Assembly: GCA_044426235.1 (NCBI GenBank) | Contig: JAWXUS010000006.1 | Location: forward strand, 9,309-73,308 | Direction of reading: 5' to 3' | DNA length: 64,000 bases | From: Peptostreptococcaceae bacterium | GTDB lineage: Bacteria > Bacillota > Clostridia > Peptostreptococcales > Peptostreptococcaceae | In this document: positions 1-9,539 of the stretch, one piece after another | How the letters are laid out: the number at the start of each line of letters is the position of its first letter | Position numbering within the stretch: the stretch's first letter is position 1 | The notes under the pieces: model-generated | Told to the model about the DNA's origin: nothing | Seen by the model: the letters and a program-made list of their open reading frames with translations, nothing else | Database searches by the model: none | Made by a program: the position numbers and the translations under genes

Positions 1-962
1 AAATAATTTTAGAGAGTGAAAAGATTTATATAATGGGGCATAAATATCCTGATATGGATGCTATGGGTGCAGCTGTTGGAGTTTATGAAATATGTAAATC
101 ATTTAATAAAGATGCAAAAATAATTCTTGATAAAACTAATGATTCAATAAAGGAATTTACAGATAGAATTGAAAATTCAAAATTCCATGAAGATATTTTT
201 ATAAAATGTGATGACGCAATTGAAGATTGTACAAAGGATACTTTAGTTGTGGTTGTTGATACTCACAGACCAAATTATACAGAATGTGAAGAAATATTAA
301 ATATTTCAGATAAGGTTGCTGTAATTGATCATCATAGAAGAGGTATTGATTTTATTAATGAAACTGTACTTTTATTTCACGAAACTTACGTTTCATCAAC
401 TTGTGAGCTTATAACAGAGCTTGTTCAATATGTTGATGATGATGTTAAGATAAATAAATTAACAGCAGAAGGTCTTCTTGCAGGTATTAGTTTAGACACA
501 AAAAGTTTTACATTTAAAACGGGAGTTAGAACTTTTGAGGCTGCATCATATCTTAAAAAGCTTGGCGCTGATACTGTTGAAGTAAAAAAACTTTTCAATT
601 CAAATATAAATGATGTTGTAATTCGTGCAGAGATTATTCAAAGTGCAAAGATGATTGGTGACAATATTTGTATAGCGTCATCTATAAAAGAAGATGAAAA
701 TATTAATATTATAGTTGCTCAAGCTGCTGATGAACTTTTAAATATAAAAGATGTTGAAGCATCATTTGTACTTGGAATGAAAAATAAAAAAGTTTTTATA
801 AGTGCAAGATCTCTTGGAAATATGAATGTTCACGTTATAATGGAAAAATTAGGTGGTGGAGGTCACAAAGATGTGGCTGGAGCTCAACTTGATTTATCAT
901 TTGAAGATTCAATAAAACTATTAAGAGAAACTATTGATAAACATTTAGAGGAGGAAAAATAA
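1..962 (+). CDS. gdpP: c-di-AMP phosphodiesterase GdpP (DHH/DHHA1 domains), 3' part. The gene starts upstream of the window.
   Basis: DHH-family motifs are present: GHKYPDMDAMGA, VVVDTHRP, VIDHHRR and the C-terminal GGGGH (DHHA1). The frame is open from base 3 to the ATG at 33. The Firmicute gdpP-rplI-dnaB order is conserved. Confidence 0.8.
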   Translation, partial: IILESEKIYIMGHKYPDMDAMGAAVGVYEICKSFNKDAKIILDKTNDSIKEFTDRIENSKFHEDIFIKCDDAIEDCTKDTLVVVVDTHRPNYTECEEILNISDKVAVIDHHRRGIDFINETVLLFHETYVSSTCELITELVQYVDDDVKINKLTAEGLLAGISLDTKSFTFKTGVRTFEAASYLKKLGADTVEVKKLFNSNINDVVIRAEIIQSAKMIGDNICIASSIKEDENINIIVAQAADELLNIKDVEASFVLGMKNKKVFISARSLGNMNVHVIMEKLGGGGHKDVAGAQLDLSFEDSIKLLRETIDKHLEEEK

Positions 963-1411
963 TGAAAGTTATACTATTACAAGATGTAAAAGGAACTGGA
1001 AAAAAGGGAGAAATAAAAGAAGTTAGTGAAGCTTTTGCTAGAAATGTATTATTAAAAAAGAAAGTTGCTGCGGTTGCTGATAACACAACTATTAAGGAAT
1101 TAAATGAAAAAAATAAGTCACTAGAGCTTAAAGAACAAAAAAAATATGAAGAAGCTATTGAACTTGGAAAGAAAATGGAAGAGTTAAACGTTATTATATA
1201 TTCAAAAGCAGGTGAAGGTGGAAGATTATTTGGATCTATAACTTCAAAAGATGTTGCAGAGCAAATAAAAAAACAACACGATATAGAAGTTGATAAAAGA
1301 AAAGTTTTACTTGAAGAACCAATAAGAACTTTAGGTTTAACTAATGTTGAAATAAAAATTCACCAAAAAGTAACTACTAAAATGAGAGTAGATGTTAGAG
1401 AAAAGAATTAA
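962..1411 (+). CDS. rplI: 50S ribosomal protein L9
   Basis: The N-terminus MKVILLQDVKGTGKKGEIKEV is typical of L9. A GAGGAGG RBS precedes it, and the ATG overlaps the gdpP stop. Confidence 0.95.
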   Translation: MKVILLQDVKGTGKKGEIKEVSEAFARNVLLKKKVAAVADNTTIKELNEKNKSLELKEQKKYEEAIELGKKMEELNVIIYSKAGEGGRLFGSITSKDVAEQIKKQHDIEVDKRKVLLEEPIRTLGLTNVEIKIHQKVTTKMRVDVREKN

Positions 1412-1428
1412 TTATAGAGGTGACATAT

Positions 1429-2751
1429 ATGGAGGACTTAACGAGAATTCCTCCACATAGTTTAGAGTCAGAGCAATCAATTTTAGGTTCTATAATACTA
1501 GATGAAGATGCAATGGCCATAGTTAGTGAAACTATAAATGCGGAGGACTTTTATAAAAAAGCGCACGAAGTAATTTATAAAGCTATGCTAACTTTAAGTG
1601 AAAAATCAGAACCACTAGATTTAGTAACGGTTTCTGAGGAACTTAAAAAAGAAGGATATTTGGACGATGTTGGAGGTATAAGTTATTTAAGTGGACTTCC
1701 AACTATTGTTCCAACGACTTCAAATGTTAGTTATTATGCTGATATTGTAAAGAAAAAAGCTATTCTTAGAAGGCTTATAAAAGTTTCAAATGATATAATT
1801 TCTTCAGGGTATGATAGTACAAAGAATGTTGAGGAAGTTTTAGAAGAGGCTGAAAGAAAGATATTTGAAGTATCAGAACAAAAAAATGTAACTGAGTTTT
1901 CAACTATAAAAGATGTTGTTAATGGTCATTTTACTAAACTTGAGAGTTTATCTATGGGTGATTCTAAAGCTATTGGAATAGATACAGGTTTTGAAGGCTT
2001 AAATAGAAAAATTAATGGACTTCAAAAAACAGATTTATTATTAATTGCAGCACGTCCTGCAATGGGAAAAACTGCTTTTTCTCTCAATTTAGTTCATAAT
2101 GCTGCAAGTAAAGATAAAGCATCAGTTGCTATATTTAGTTTAGAAATGTCAAAAGATCAACTTATTCAAAGAATGATTTCTTCTCAATCTGGTGTTGACT
2201 TTAAAAAAATTAAACTTGCAGATTTACAAGATGATGATTGGACAAGAACTATAGATGGAATGCATATTTTAGCAGATCTTAATATATTTATAGATGATAC
2301 TCCAGGTATTAAGGTTTCTGAAATAAGATCTAAGTGTAGAAAGTTAAAAAAGGAAAAAGGTTTAGATGTTGTCTTAATAGATTATCTTCAATTAATGGAT
2401 GGTGAAGGTAAGAATGAAAATAGACAGCAAGAAATTTCAAAGATATCTAGATCACTAAAAATTCTTGCAAAAGAACTTGAATGTTCAGTTATTGCACTTT
2501 CTCAGTTATCAAGGGGTCCAGAACAAAGAGCAGATAAAAGACCAATTCTATCAGATCTTAGAGAATCTGGAGCAATTGAACAAGATGCAGATATAGTTAT
2601 GTTTTTATACAGAGATGAATATTATAATCCAGATTCTGAGAAAAAGGGTGTCGGAGAGGTTATAATTTCAAAGAATAGACATGGAGAAACTGGTTCTGTT
2701 GAACTTGTATGGCTAGGAGAAATTCAAAAGTTTCAAGATAAATCAAGATAA
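1429..2751 (+). CDS. dnaB: replicative DNA helicase (DnaB family; called DnaC in B. subtilis)
   Basis: Motifs seen: IPPHSLESEQSILGSII, Walker A ARPAMGKTAF, Walker B VVLIDYLQLM, and SQLSRGPEQR. The track ORF starts at GTG 1420, which lies inside the AGAGG RBS. ATG 1429 has correct spacing. Confidence 0.95.
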   Translation: MEDLTRIPPHSLESEQSILGSIILDEDAMAIVSETINAEDFYKKAHEVIYKAMLTLSEKSEPLDLVTVSEELKKEGYLDDVGGISYLSGLPTIVPTTSNVSYYADIVKKKAILRRLIKVSNDIISSGYDSTKNVEEVLEEAERKIFEVSEQKNVTEFSTIKDVVNGHFTKLESLSMGDSKAIGIDTGFEGLNRKINGLQKTDLLLIAARPAMGKTAFSLNLVHNAASKDKASVAIFSLEMSKDQLIQRMISSQSGVDFKKIKLADLQDDDWTRTIDGMHILADLNIFIDDTPGIKVSEIRSKCRKLKKEKGLDVVLIDYLQLMDGEGKNENRQQEISKISRSLKILAKELECSVIALSQLSRGPEQRADKRPILSDLRESGAIEQDADIVMFLYRDEYYNPDSEKKGVGEVIISKNRHGETGSVELVWLGEIQKFQDKSR

Positions 2752-2760
2752 AAACAAAGG

Positions 2761-2790
2761 GTTTATAGAAAAAATCTATAAACTTTTTTT
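2761..2790 (+). terminator. intrinsic terminator after dnaB
   Basis: 9-bp stem GTTTATAGA / TCTATAAAC, A5 loop, then T7. Confidence 0.7.
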
Positions 2791-2832
2791 GTCGTTAAAA
2801 TTAATATTATTGCTTACGAAAAATAAAAAAAA

Positions 2833-2861
2833 TTGAAATTAAGTCGAATATTTGTTAAAAT
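2833..2861 (+). promoter_or_regulatory. candidate sigma-A promoter of purA
   Basis: TTGAAA (2833-2838), a 17-nt spacer, and TGtTAAAAT extended -10 (2853-2861). Confidence 0.45.
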
Positions 2862-2883
2862 AAACAAGTAAGCGTTCGAAAAT
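2840..2883. promoter_or_regulatory. possible PurR operator (inverted PurBox-like CGAA / TTCG cores)
   Basis: AAGTCGAATATT lies in the promoter spacer. Its inverted partner GCGTTCGAAAATAA lies downstream of the -10, with about 18 nt between the boxes. The reverse box matches my remembered PurBox AWWWCCGAACWWT at 10 of 13 positions. Confidence 0.3.
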
Positions 2884-2885
2884 AA

Positions 2886-4188
<1,303 letters not shown>

Positions 4189-4190
<2 letters not shown>

Positions 4191-4218
4191 GACCCTATAT
4201 AGGGTCTTAAATTTTATT
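4189..4218 (+). terminator. intrinsic terminator after purA
   Basis: Stem AAGACCCT / AGGGTCTT, ATAT loop, interrupted T tract. Confidence 0.55.
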
Positions 4219-4238
4219 GAAAAAAATAAAAAATATTA

Positions 4239-4267
4239 TTGACTTCATCTAAAAAATATATTATAAT
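4239..4267 (+). promoter_or_regulatory. sigma-A promoter of the tRNA operon
   Basis: TTGACT (4239-4244), 17-nt spacer, TATAAT (4262-4267). Confidence 0.6.
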
Positions 4268-4313
4268 AAATTTTGTCGGTAAAGAAAGTATACTTTACGA
4301 CAAAAAATGATAT

Positions 4314-4389
4314 GATCCATTAGCTCAGTCGGTAGAGCACCTGACTTTTAATCAGGGTGTCCCGCGTTCGAGTCGCGGATGGATCACCA
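4314..4389 (+). tRNA. tRNA-Lys (anticodon UUU)
   Basis: A cloverleaf was folded by hand. Acceptor GATCCAT/ATGGATC, anticodon arm CCTGA-CTTTTAA-TCAGG, GTTCGAGTC T-loop, encoded CCA. Confidence 0.95.
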
Positions 4390-4393
4390 TTTA

Positions 4394-4468
4394 GGCCCAT
4401 TGGTCAAGCGGTTAAGACACCGCCCTTTCACGGCGGTAACAGGGGTTCGATTCCCCTATGGGTCACCA
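4394..4468 (+). tRNA. tRNA-Glu (anticodon UUC)
   Basis: Acceptor GGCCCAT/ATGGGTC, anticodon arm CCGCC-CTTTCAC-GGCGG, GTTCGATTC T-loop, encoded CCA. Confidence 0.95.
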
Positions 4469-4481
4469 ATTAAATATTTAC

Positions 4482-4555
4482 GCGGGTGTAGCTCAATGGT
4501 AGAGTTCCGGCCTTCCAAGCCGGCTGTGAGGGTTCGATCCCCTTCACCCGCTCCA
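4482..4555 (+). tRNA. tRNA-Gly (anticodon UCC)
   Basis: Acceptor GCGGGTG/CACCCGC, anticodon arm CCGGC-CTTCCAA-GCCGG, GTTCGATCC T-loop, encoded CCA. Confidence 0.95.
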
Positions 4556-4569
4556 GTTTAAACAATTAT

Positions 4570-4645
4570 GGGACTATAGCTCAGCTGGGAGAGCACCTGC
4601 CTTACAAGCAGGGGGTCACAGGTTCGAGCCCTGTTAGTCCCACCA
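4570..4645 (+). tRNA. tRNA-Val (anticodon UAC)
   Basis: Acceptor GGGACTA/TAGTCCC, anticodon arm CCTGC-CTTACAA-GCAGG, GTTCGAGCC T-loop, encoded CCA. Confidence 0.95.
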
Positions 4646-4651
4646 TTATGC

Positions 4652-4728
4652 GGCCTGGTAGTTCAGTTGGTTAGAATGCCAGCCTGTCACGCTGGAGGTC
4701 GAGGGTTCGAGTCCCTTCCAGGTCGCCA
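4652..4728 (+). tRNA. tRNA-Asp (anticodon GUC)
   Basis: Acceptor GGCCTGG/CCAGGTC, anticodon arm CCAGC-CTGTCAC-GCTGG, GTTCGAGTC T-loop, encoded CCA. Confidence 0.95.
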
Positions 4729-4739
4729 ATTAAATATTT

Positions 4740-4814
4740 GCTAGTGTGGCTCAACGGTAGAGCAGCTGACTTGTAATCAGCAGGTTGTAGGTTCGATTCC
4801 TATCACTAGCTCCA
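4740..4814 (+). tRNA. tRNA-Thr (anticodon UGU)
   Basis: Acceptor GCTAGTG/CACTAGC, anticodon arm GCTGA-CTTGTAA-TCAGC, GTTCGATTC T-loop, encoded CCA. Confidence 0.95.
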
Positions 4815-4820
4815 ATTATT

Positions 4821-4846
4821 ACTCTTAGTTTAAGCTAAGAGTTTTT
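4821..4846 (+). terminator. intrinsic terminator of the tRNA operon
   Basis: Stem ACTCTTAG / CTAAGAGT, 6-nt loop, TTTT. Confidence 0.7.
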
Positions 4847-4849
4847 GAC

Positions 4850-4877
4850 TTATCCACAAGTTATCCACATATCCACA
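4850..4877 (+). promoter_or_regulatory. cluster of three direct DnaA boxes
   Basis: TTATCCACA at 4850-4858 and 4861-4869 are both perfect consensus. ATATCCACA at 4869-4877 matches 8 of 9. All three are in the same orientation, in the gap between two convergent terminators. Confidence 0.6.
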
Positions 4878-4911
4878 AAAAGATACTCTAAGTATAAAAG
4901 AGTATCTTTTT
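4877..4911 (-). terminator. intrinsic terminator of the dnaD-like/dnaI-like operon (bidirectional shape)
   Basis: Stem AGATACTCT / AGAGTATCT (4881-4889 and 4899-4907), flanked by AAAA on one side and TTTT on the other. Confidence 0.65.
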
Positions 4912-5896
4912 ATTTATTTCCCCACCTAAGATCATTTCCAATAAACTTTATCATTTTAAATCTTTCAAAAATTCTAGAAAATATTCTTTGAGTGTACATA
5001 TCACCAAGTAACATAGGTGTTAGATTAGTAGATATTATTATTTTTTTATTGTTAAGCAGTCTTGTATTTAAAATATTGAAAAATTCACTATTAGTAAATG
5101 AATTATTAAATTCGGTACCCAAATCATCAATTATCAAAAGGTCACAATCAAAGATACTGTTATAGGCCTCTTTATTAATGTATGTTTTTTCTTTATTGAA
5201 TTTTTGCTCCTCAACAGTTTCAAACATTTGAAAAGCAGTTTGATATAAAACAGTATAACCTTCGTCTAAAAGTCTTTTGGCTATACAACTAGAAATAAAT
5301 GTTTTTCCAGTTCCTGTTGGACCATATAGTATTAAATTTGTATCATCATCAGTATTAAATTTATCACAAAAACTTTGACATTCAGCATATATATTAATGT
5401 AATTATCTCTAGGAGAAATATTTTCTTTTGATATTATTTCAGATGAAAATATTGATAATTTACTATTATTAAAATCATACTTTTGAAAACTATTAGATAG
5501 ATTTGAAGTTTTATATGCTTTATTTATAAGTATTTGTTTGAAACAATTACATTTATGGCTATTTTGTATATAACCCGTATCCCTACAAAAATTACATTCG
5601 TATTTTATATCTAAATAATTTTCATCTTTTCCAAATGATAAAAGTAAGTCATTTTTTGTTTGTTTCAGTTTATTAGTTATTAACTCACATTCTTTTAATA
5701 GAATATCTTTATTTTTGTTATCAAAGAGAATACTTCTACCAATTTTTAAGTTAATAGATTTTATTTCTTTATCTATATCTTTTAATTTAGGTATTAGTTC
5801 ATAAATTTCCTTTTTTCTAAGTAATGCATTTTCTTCTGCTATATCTCTTTTTTTCTGATAATCAAGAAGAATTTCTTTTATAGCTAAATCATTCAA
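4910..5896 (-). CDS. helicase loader, DnaI/DnaC-family AAA+ ATPase with an N-terminal Cys-rich zinc module
   Basis: Walker A GPTGTGKTF, Walker B LLIIDDLG, and an N-terminal CNFCRDTGY...HKCNC module. TTG start 8 nt after the stop of the upstream DnaD-like gene, preceded by AGGTGA. Confidence 0.8.
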   Translation of the reverse strand: MNDLAIKEILLDYQKKRDIAEENALLRKKEIYELIPKLKDIDKEIKSINLKIGRSILFDNKNKDILLKECELITNKLKQTKNDLLLSFGKDENYLDIKYECNFCRDTGYIQNSHKCNCFKQILINKAYKTSNLSNSFQKYDFNNSKLSIFSSEIISKENISPRDNYINIYAECQSFCDKFNTDDDTNLILYGPTGTGKTFISSCIAKRLLDEGYTVLYQTAFQMFETVEEQKFNKEKTYINKEAYNSIFDCDLLIIDDLGTEFNNSFTNSEFFNILNTRLLNNKKIIISTNLTPMLLGDMYTQRIFSRIFERFKMIKFIGNDLRWGNK

Positions 5897-5904
5897 ATTA
5901 TCAC

Positions 5905-7023
5905 CTACTTAAATCTATTTTTTTGACCTTCTAAAAGTATTTTTTCAAGTTCATCATCACTATATTTATCATACGTAGTTTCTATATTATGATATCTAGT
6001 TTTTGGTATAGAACCACTATTTTTATTGGAACCATTATTAGTATTTTTCTTTTTATTTTGCTTGTAATTTATATCATAATTTTTTATTTCTTCTAAAGTA
6101 GTTAATCCTTCTTTATACCAACTCTTAATCATAGCATCTAAATATTGCATTTGTGATTTAGGTATAGAAACTAACTTTTCACAAGCATAAAGTATTACTT
6201 CTATATCGTATAGTTCAAGCCAATTATCCATTAATTTTTGTTCTTCCTTTGATGGTGCATTAGGAAATCCAATATGCTTAAATATTTCTTTATATTTTTT
6301 AAATTGTGCACCTCTGTTAGCTTGATATTCTTTAATATCTTCAATACTAAATAAATTATCAGAATGCCAATTAAGAAGTGTATTTTCAATATAATTAAAT
6401 GGAGGCATACTTATATTTGAATTTTTTGCAAATTGATATGCATAAATTACTATATCACAATTAATATTATAGTTTTCCATAATATTTAATATTTTAATCT
6501 TATCTCCTTGGCTTAGGAAGAAACCGATTATATTTTCTATATCTTTAAACATATTCATTTTATCTTCATTATTGTTTTTATCATACATATCTTCAGTATA
6601 CTCAGTTTCAATATATTGATCGTATAAAATTATGTCTTCCATATCATTTTTTTGGACTTCTATTTCTATAGTTTCAGAATTTTTATAAACTGTATCATAT
6701 ATATTTTCGATATAAAATTTATCTAAATCTAAAAATTCAACTGTATAATTAAAGTCTTCTTGAAAATCTTTGTGTATTTTCACAATATTTTTTTTCTCCC
6801 AAAATCTCCAAGATTCATCAACATCGCTAAGGGGTATTTCTAAATTTTTTGCAATTGAAGAATTATTAAACTTGATACCATTAAATGGTTCACAAGCATG
6901 TTTATATCCTAAAAGATAAACTTTAACGTATAAACCATTTGCCATAGGCATAAATATATCTATAAAAACATTTGAAATAGTAGTTTGACCTAAATAAATA
7001 TCACTAGTTTCTTTAAAAAACAT
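5905..7023 (-). CDS. DnaD-domain replication initiation protein (DnaB/DnaD family of Firmicutes)
   Basis: It sits upstream of the loader and is translationally coupled to it. It has DnaD/DnaB_2-like C-terminal repeats (LLNWHSDNLFSIEDIKEY, MIKSWYKEGLTTLEEIKNY). GAGGTGA RBS. Confidence 0.7.
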   Translation of the reverse strand: MFFKETSDIYLGQTTISNVFIDIFMPMANGLYVKVYLLGYKHACEPFNGIKFNNSSIAKNLEIPLSDVDESWRFWEKKNIVKIHKDFQEDFNYTVEFLDLDKFYIENIYDTVYKNSETIEIEVQKNDMEDIILYDQYIETEYTEDMYDKNNNEDKMNMFKDIENIIGFFLSQGDKIKILNIMENYNINCDIVIYAYQFAKNSNISMPPFNYIENTLLNWHSDNLFSIEDIKEYQANRGAQFKKYKEIFKHIGFPNAPSKEEQKLMDNWLELYDIEVILYACEKLVSIPKSQMQYLDAMIKSWYKEGLTTLEEIKNYDINYKQNKKKNTNNGSNKNSGSIPKTRYHNIETTYDKYSDDELEKILLEGQKNRFK

Positions 7024-7126
7024 TTTATCACCTCAAATTAATTATATCATATAAAACAGGGAATATTAAATTATTATAACAAAAAGGAGGACTTGCTTAT
7101 AGTATAACTATAAGATTAATTTTAAC

Positions 7127-8578
7127 GTGAATATAAACAAAAAAAATAAGATAAACATAGTTTTAAGTTTTATGATTTTATTTTTTATAATAGGTTTTCT
7201 AAATAAAAAAGAAATAGAAACTATTAAATTAATTAATAACCAAAACATTGATAATTATACAATGGATATTATTTTCGATGATGAGAGTAAAAGATTGACT
7301 TGCAATCAAACGATAGATTACATAAATAAAACTGGTACAAATTTAGATAAGATATATCTTCATATATACCCAAATGCTTTTTCAAAAAAGAGTTATGCAC
7401 CTTTTGAGAGCAAAGAAATGGATAAGGCATATCCAAATGGATTTAATGAGGGCTATATAAATATTCAAAATGTAGTTTTTGAAAATAGTAAATTAGATTA
7501 TAACATAATTGGTGAAAAAAATGATATTTTAGAAATTGAATTAAATAGCACTTTAGATAATGAAGAAATTTTTAGTTTTGAAATTAAATATATTGTTAAA
7601 ATACCAAATTCGAAAGGAAGATTTGGATATGGAGAAAACACAATAAATATAACTAATTGGTTTCCTATAATGTGTGTTTATGATGATGGAGGATGGAACA
7701 CAGAAACTTATAGCGAAATAGGTGATCCATTTTATAGCAATGTTAGTAACTTTAATGTAAATATACTTTCGCCTAGTGAATATGAATTAGTTTCAACTGG
7801 AAAAGTTATTTCAAGTAAAACGGATAACGAAAAAACATTTTATGAGATAGAGGCTAAAAATGTGAGAGATTTTGCATTTTTATTTAGCAATAAATTTATT
7901 GTTAATAGGGCTTACTACGATAATATAGAAATTACTACATATAATTTAGATAATAAATTTGAGAAAGAGGCTTTAGATTTTTCAGTTGAATCAATAAAAA
8001 TATTTTCAAAGTTATTTGGAGAATATCCCTATGATAATTTTGATGTTGTTGCAAGTGACTTTTTTATAGGTGGAATGGAGTATCCAAATTTAGTAATGAT
8101 AGATGAGAGTCTATATGATAGGGAAGATAGTTTTTTACTTGAATATGTTATTGCACACGAAACTGCACATCAATGGTGGTATGGAGTAATTGGAAATGAT
8201 CAAGTAAAAGAACCTTGGCTTGATGAGGCACTAACTGAATATTCTACAATATTATATTTTGAACATAAATATGGTAGATCAGTTTTTGATGATTTAATAA
8301 AGAGTATGGAATCTCAAACTATTGATTATGTAAGTGAAGATATATTTAAATCTATTAATGAATATAGAAACTCTATAGATTATAGCTTAAATGTATATAC
8401 GAAAGGCGCACTTGCATTTAATGAGATAAGAAATACTATTGGAGATGAAAAGTTTTTTGAAGTTTTAAGAGAATACTATGATACATATAAGTTTGAAAAT
8501 GTTAATTCATCTAAATTTGTTGATATATGGCATAAAAATGGAATTGATATTGAAAAAATAATAAGTGAGTTTAAATAG
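7127..8578 (+). CDS. M1-family (gluzincin) metallopeptidase with an N-terminal membrane anchor
   Basis: HETAH-X18-E zinc site (HETAHQWWYG...WLDEALTEY) and a GGMEY (GAMEN-like) exopeptidase motif. A hydrophobic segment follows the N-terminus. The start codon is uncertain, because no good RBS precedes GTG 7127. Confidence 0.8.
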   Translation: MNINKKNKINIVLSFMILFFIIGFLNKKEIETIKLINNQNIDNYTMDIIFDDESKRLTCNQTIDYINKTGTNLDKIYLHIYPNAFSKKSYAPFESKEMDKAYPNGFNEGYINIQNVVFENSKLDYNIIGEKNDILEIELNSTLDNEEIFSFEIKYIVKIPNSKGRFGYGENTINITNWFPIMCVYDDGGWNTETYSEIGDPFYSNVSNFNVNILSPSEYELVSTGKVISSKTDNEKTFYEIEAKNVRDFAFLFSNKFIVNRAYYDNIEITTYNLDNKFEKEALDFSVESIKIFSKLFGEYPYDNFDVVASDFFIGGMEYPNLVMIDESLYDREDSFLLEYVIAHETAHQWWYGVIGNDQVKEPWLDEALTEYSTILYFEHKYGRSVFDDLIKSMESQTIDYVSEDIFKSINEYRNSIDYSLNVYTKGALAFNEIRNTIGDEKFFEVLREYYDTYKFENVNSSKFVDIWHKNGIDIEKIISEFK

Positions 8579-8585
8579 TTGTATC

Positions 8586-8621
8586 AAAGAACATAAATTT
8601 TATGATTTATGTTCTTTTTTT
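8586..8621 (+). terminator. intrinsic terminator after the M1 peptidase gene
   Basis: 13-bp stem AAAGAACATAAAT / ATTTATGTTCTTT followed by a T run. Confidence 0.8.
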
Positions 8622-8681
8622 GTTATAATAAATATAATTTACAAAATAGATTTATTATCTTATTAAAATCGAGGTGAAATA

Positions 8682-9479
8682 ATGTTTGAATATTGTTCAA
8701 TTGGAAGTGGAAGTAGTGGAAATTGTCATATTGTAAGATATAATGAAACCGTTATAATAGTTGATTGTGGACTTAGTGGAAAACGAATTAGTGATGGAAT
8801 AGATAGTTTAAAAATAGATGGTAAAAATATAAAAGGAATTTTTGTAACACACGAACATAGTGATCATATAAAAGGGGTTGGGATTATTTCTAGAAAGTAC
8901 AATATACCGATCTTTGCAAACAAGGGAACTTGGGAAAGTATGAATAATAAAATTGGAGATATAGATAATAAATACAAGATAGTTTTTGAAACCGATAAAA
9001 CTTATTCAATCGGAGAAATTTTAATTAGACCTTTTTTAATTCCTCATGATTCTGAGGAGGCAGTTGGATATTCATTTTATAAAGATGGAGAAAAAATGTC
9101 TATTGCAACTGATATTGGAAAAATCGATGATAATATAAGAAAAAATTTATTTAATTCTAAACTTGTAGTCATAGAATCTAACTATGATCATAATATGCTT
9201 ATGATGGGAAATTATCCATATCATTTAAAAAAGAGAATATCATCGCTAGAAGGACATTTATCAAATGATGATTGTGCTAATTTTTGCGTTGAATTAGTTA
9301 AGAAAGGTACTAAAAAATTACTTCTTGCACATCTTAGTAGAGAAAATAACTTTCCAGAGTTAGCATATGAAACTACTAAGTCAATTTTGAATGAAAATAA
9401 TATTAAAATAAATGAAAATGTATCTTTAGAAGTATTACCTAGGGAAAAAATTTCAAAAATATACAAAATTAGTGATTAA
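8682..9479 (+). CDS. MBL-fold metallo-hydrolase, YycJ/WalJ-like
   Basis: HEHSDH metallo-beta-lactamase motif. About 265 aa, with synteny to rlmH as in the Bacillus yycJ-yydA region. GAGGTG RBS. Confidence 0.8.
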   Translation: MFEYCSIGSGSSGNCHIVRYNETVIIVDCGLSGKRISDGIDSLKIDGKNIKGIFVTHEHSDHIKGVGIISRKYNIPIFANKGTWESMNNKIGDIDNKYKIVFETDKTYSIGEILIRPFLIPHDSEEAVGYSFYKDGEKMSIATDIGKIDDNIRKNLFNSKLVVIESNYDHNMLMMGNYPYHLKKRISSLEGHLSNDDCANFCVELVKKGTKKLLLAHLSRENNFPELAYETTKSILNENNIKINENVSLEVLPREKISKIYKISD

Positions 9480-9539
9480 AATTCTAAAAATGTCGTATAA
9501 TATAAATAATAAGTTTAATTGATAAAGGAGTGTGTAATT

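Noticed and set aside
4271-4306. Hairpin TTTGTCGGTAAAG ... CTTTACGACAAA between the tRNA promoter and tRNA-Lys.
   Set aside because: It is probably an ordinary 5' leader or processing structure of the tRNA precursor. It has no U tract, and nothing distinguishes it further.
4379-4561. 60-aa track ORF (MDHHLGPLVKRL...)
   Set aside because: It lies entirely over the tRNA-Lys 3' end, tRNA-Glu and tRNA-Gly. Its reading frame is a by-product of G+C-rich tRNA sequence.
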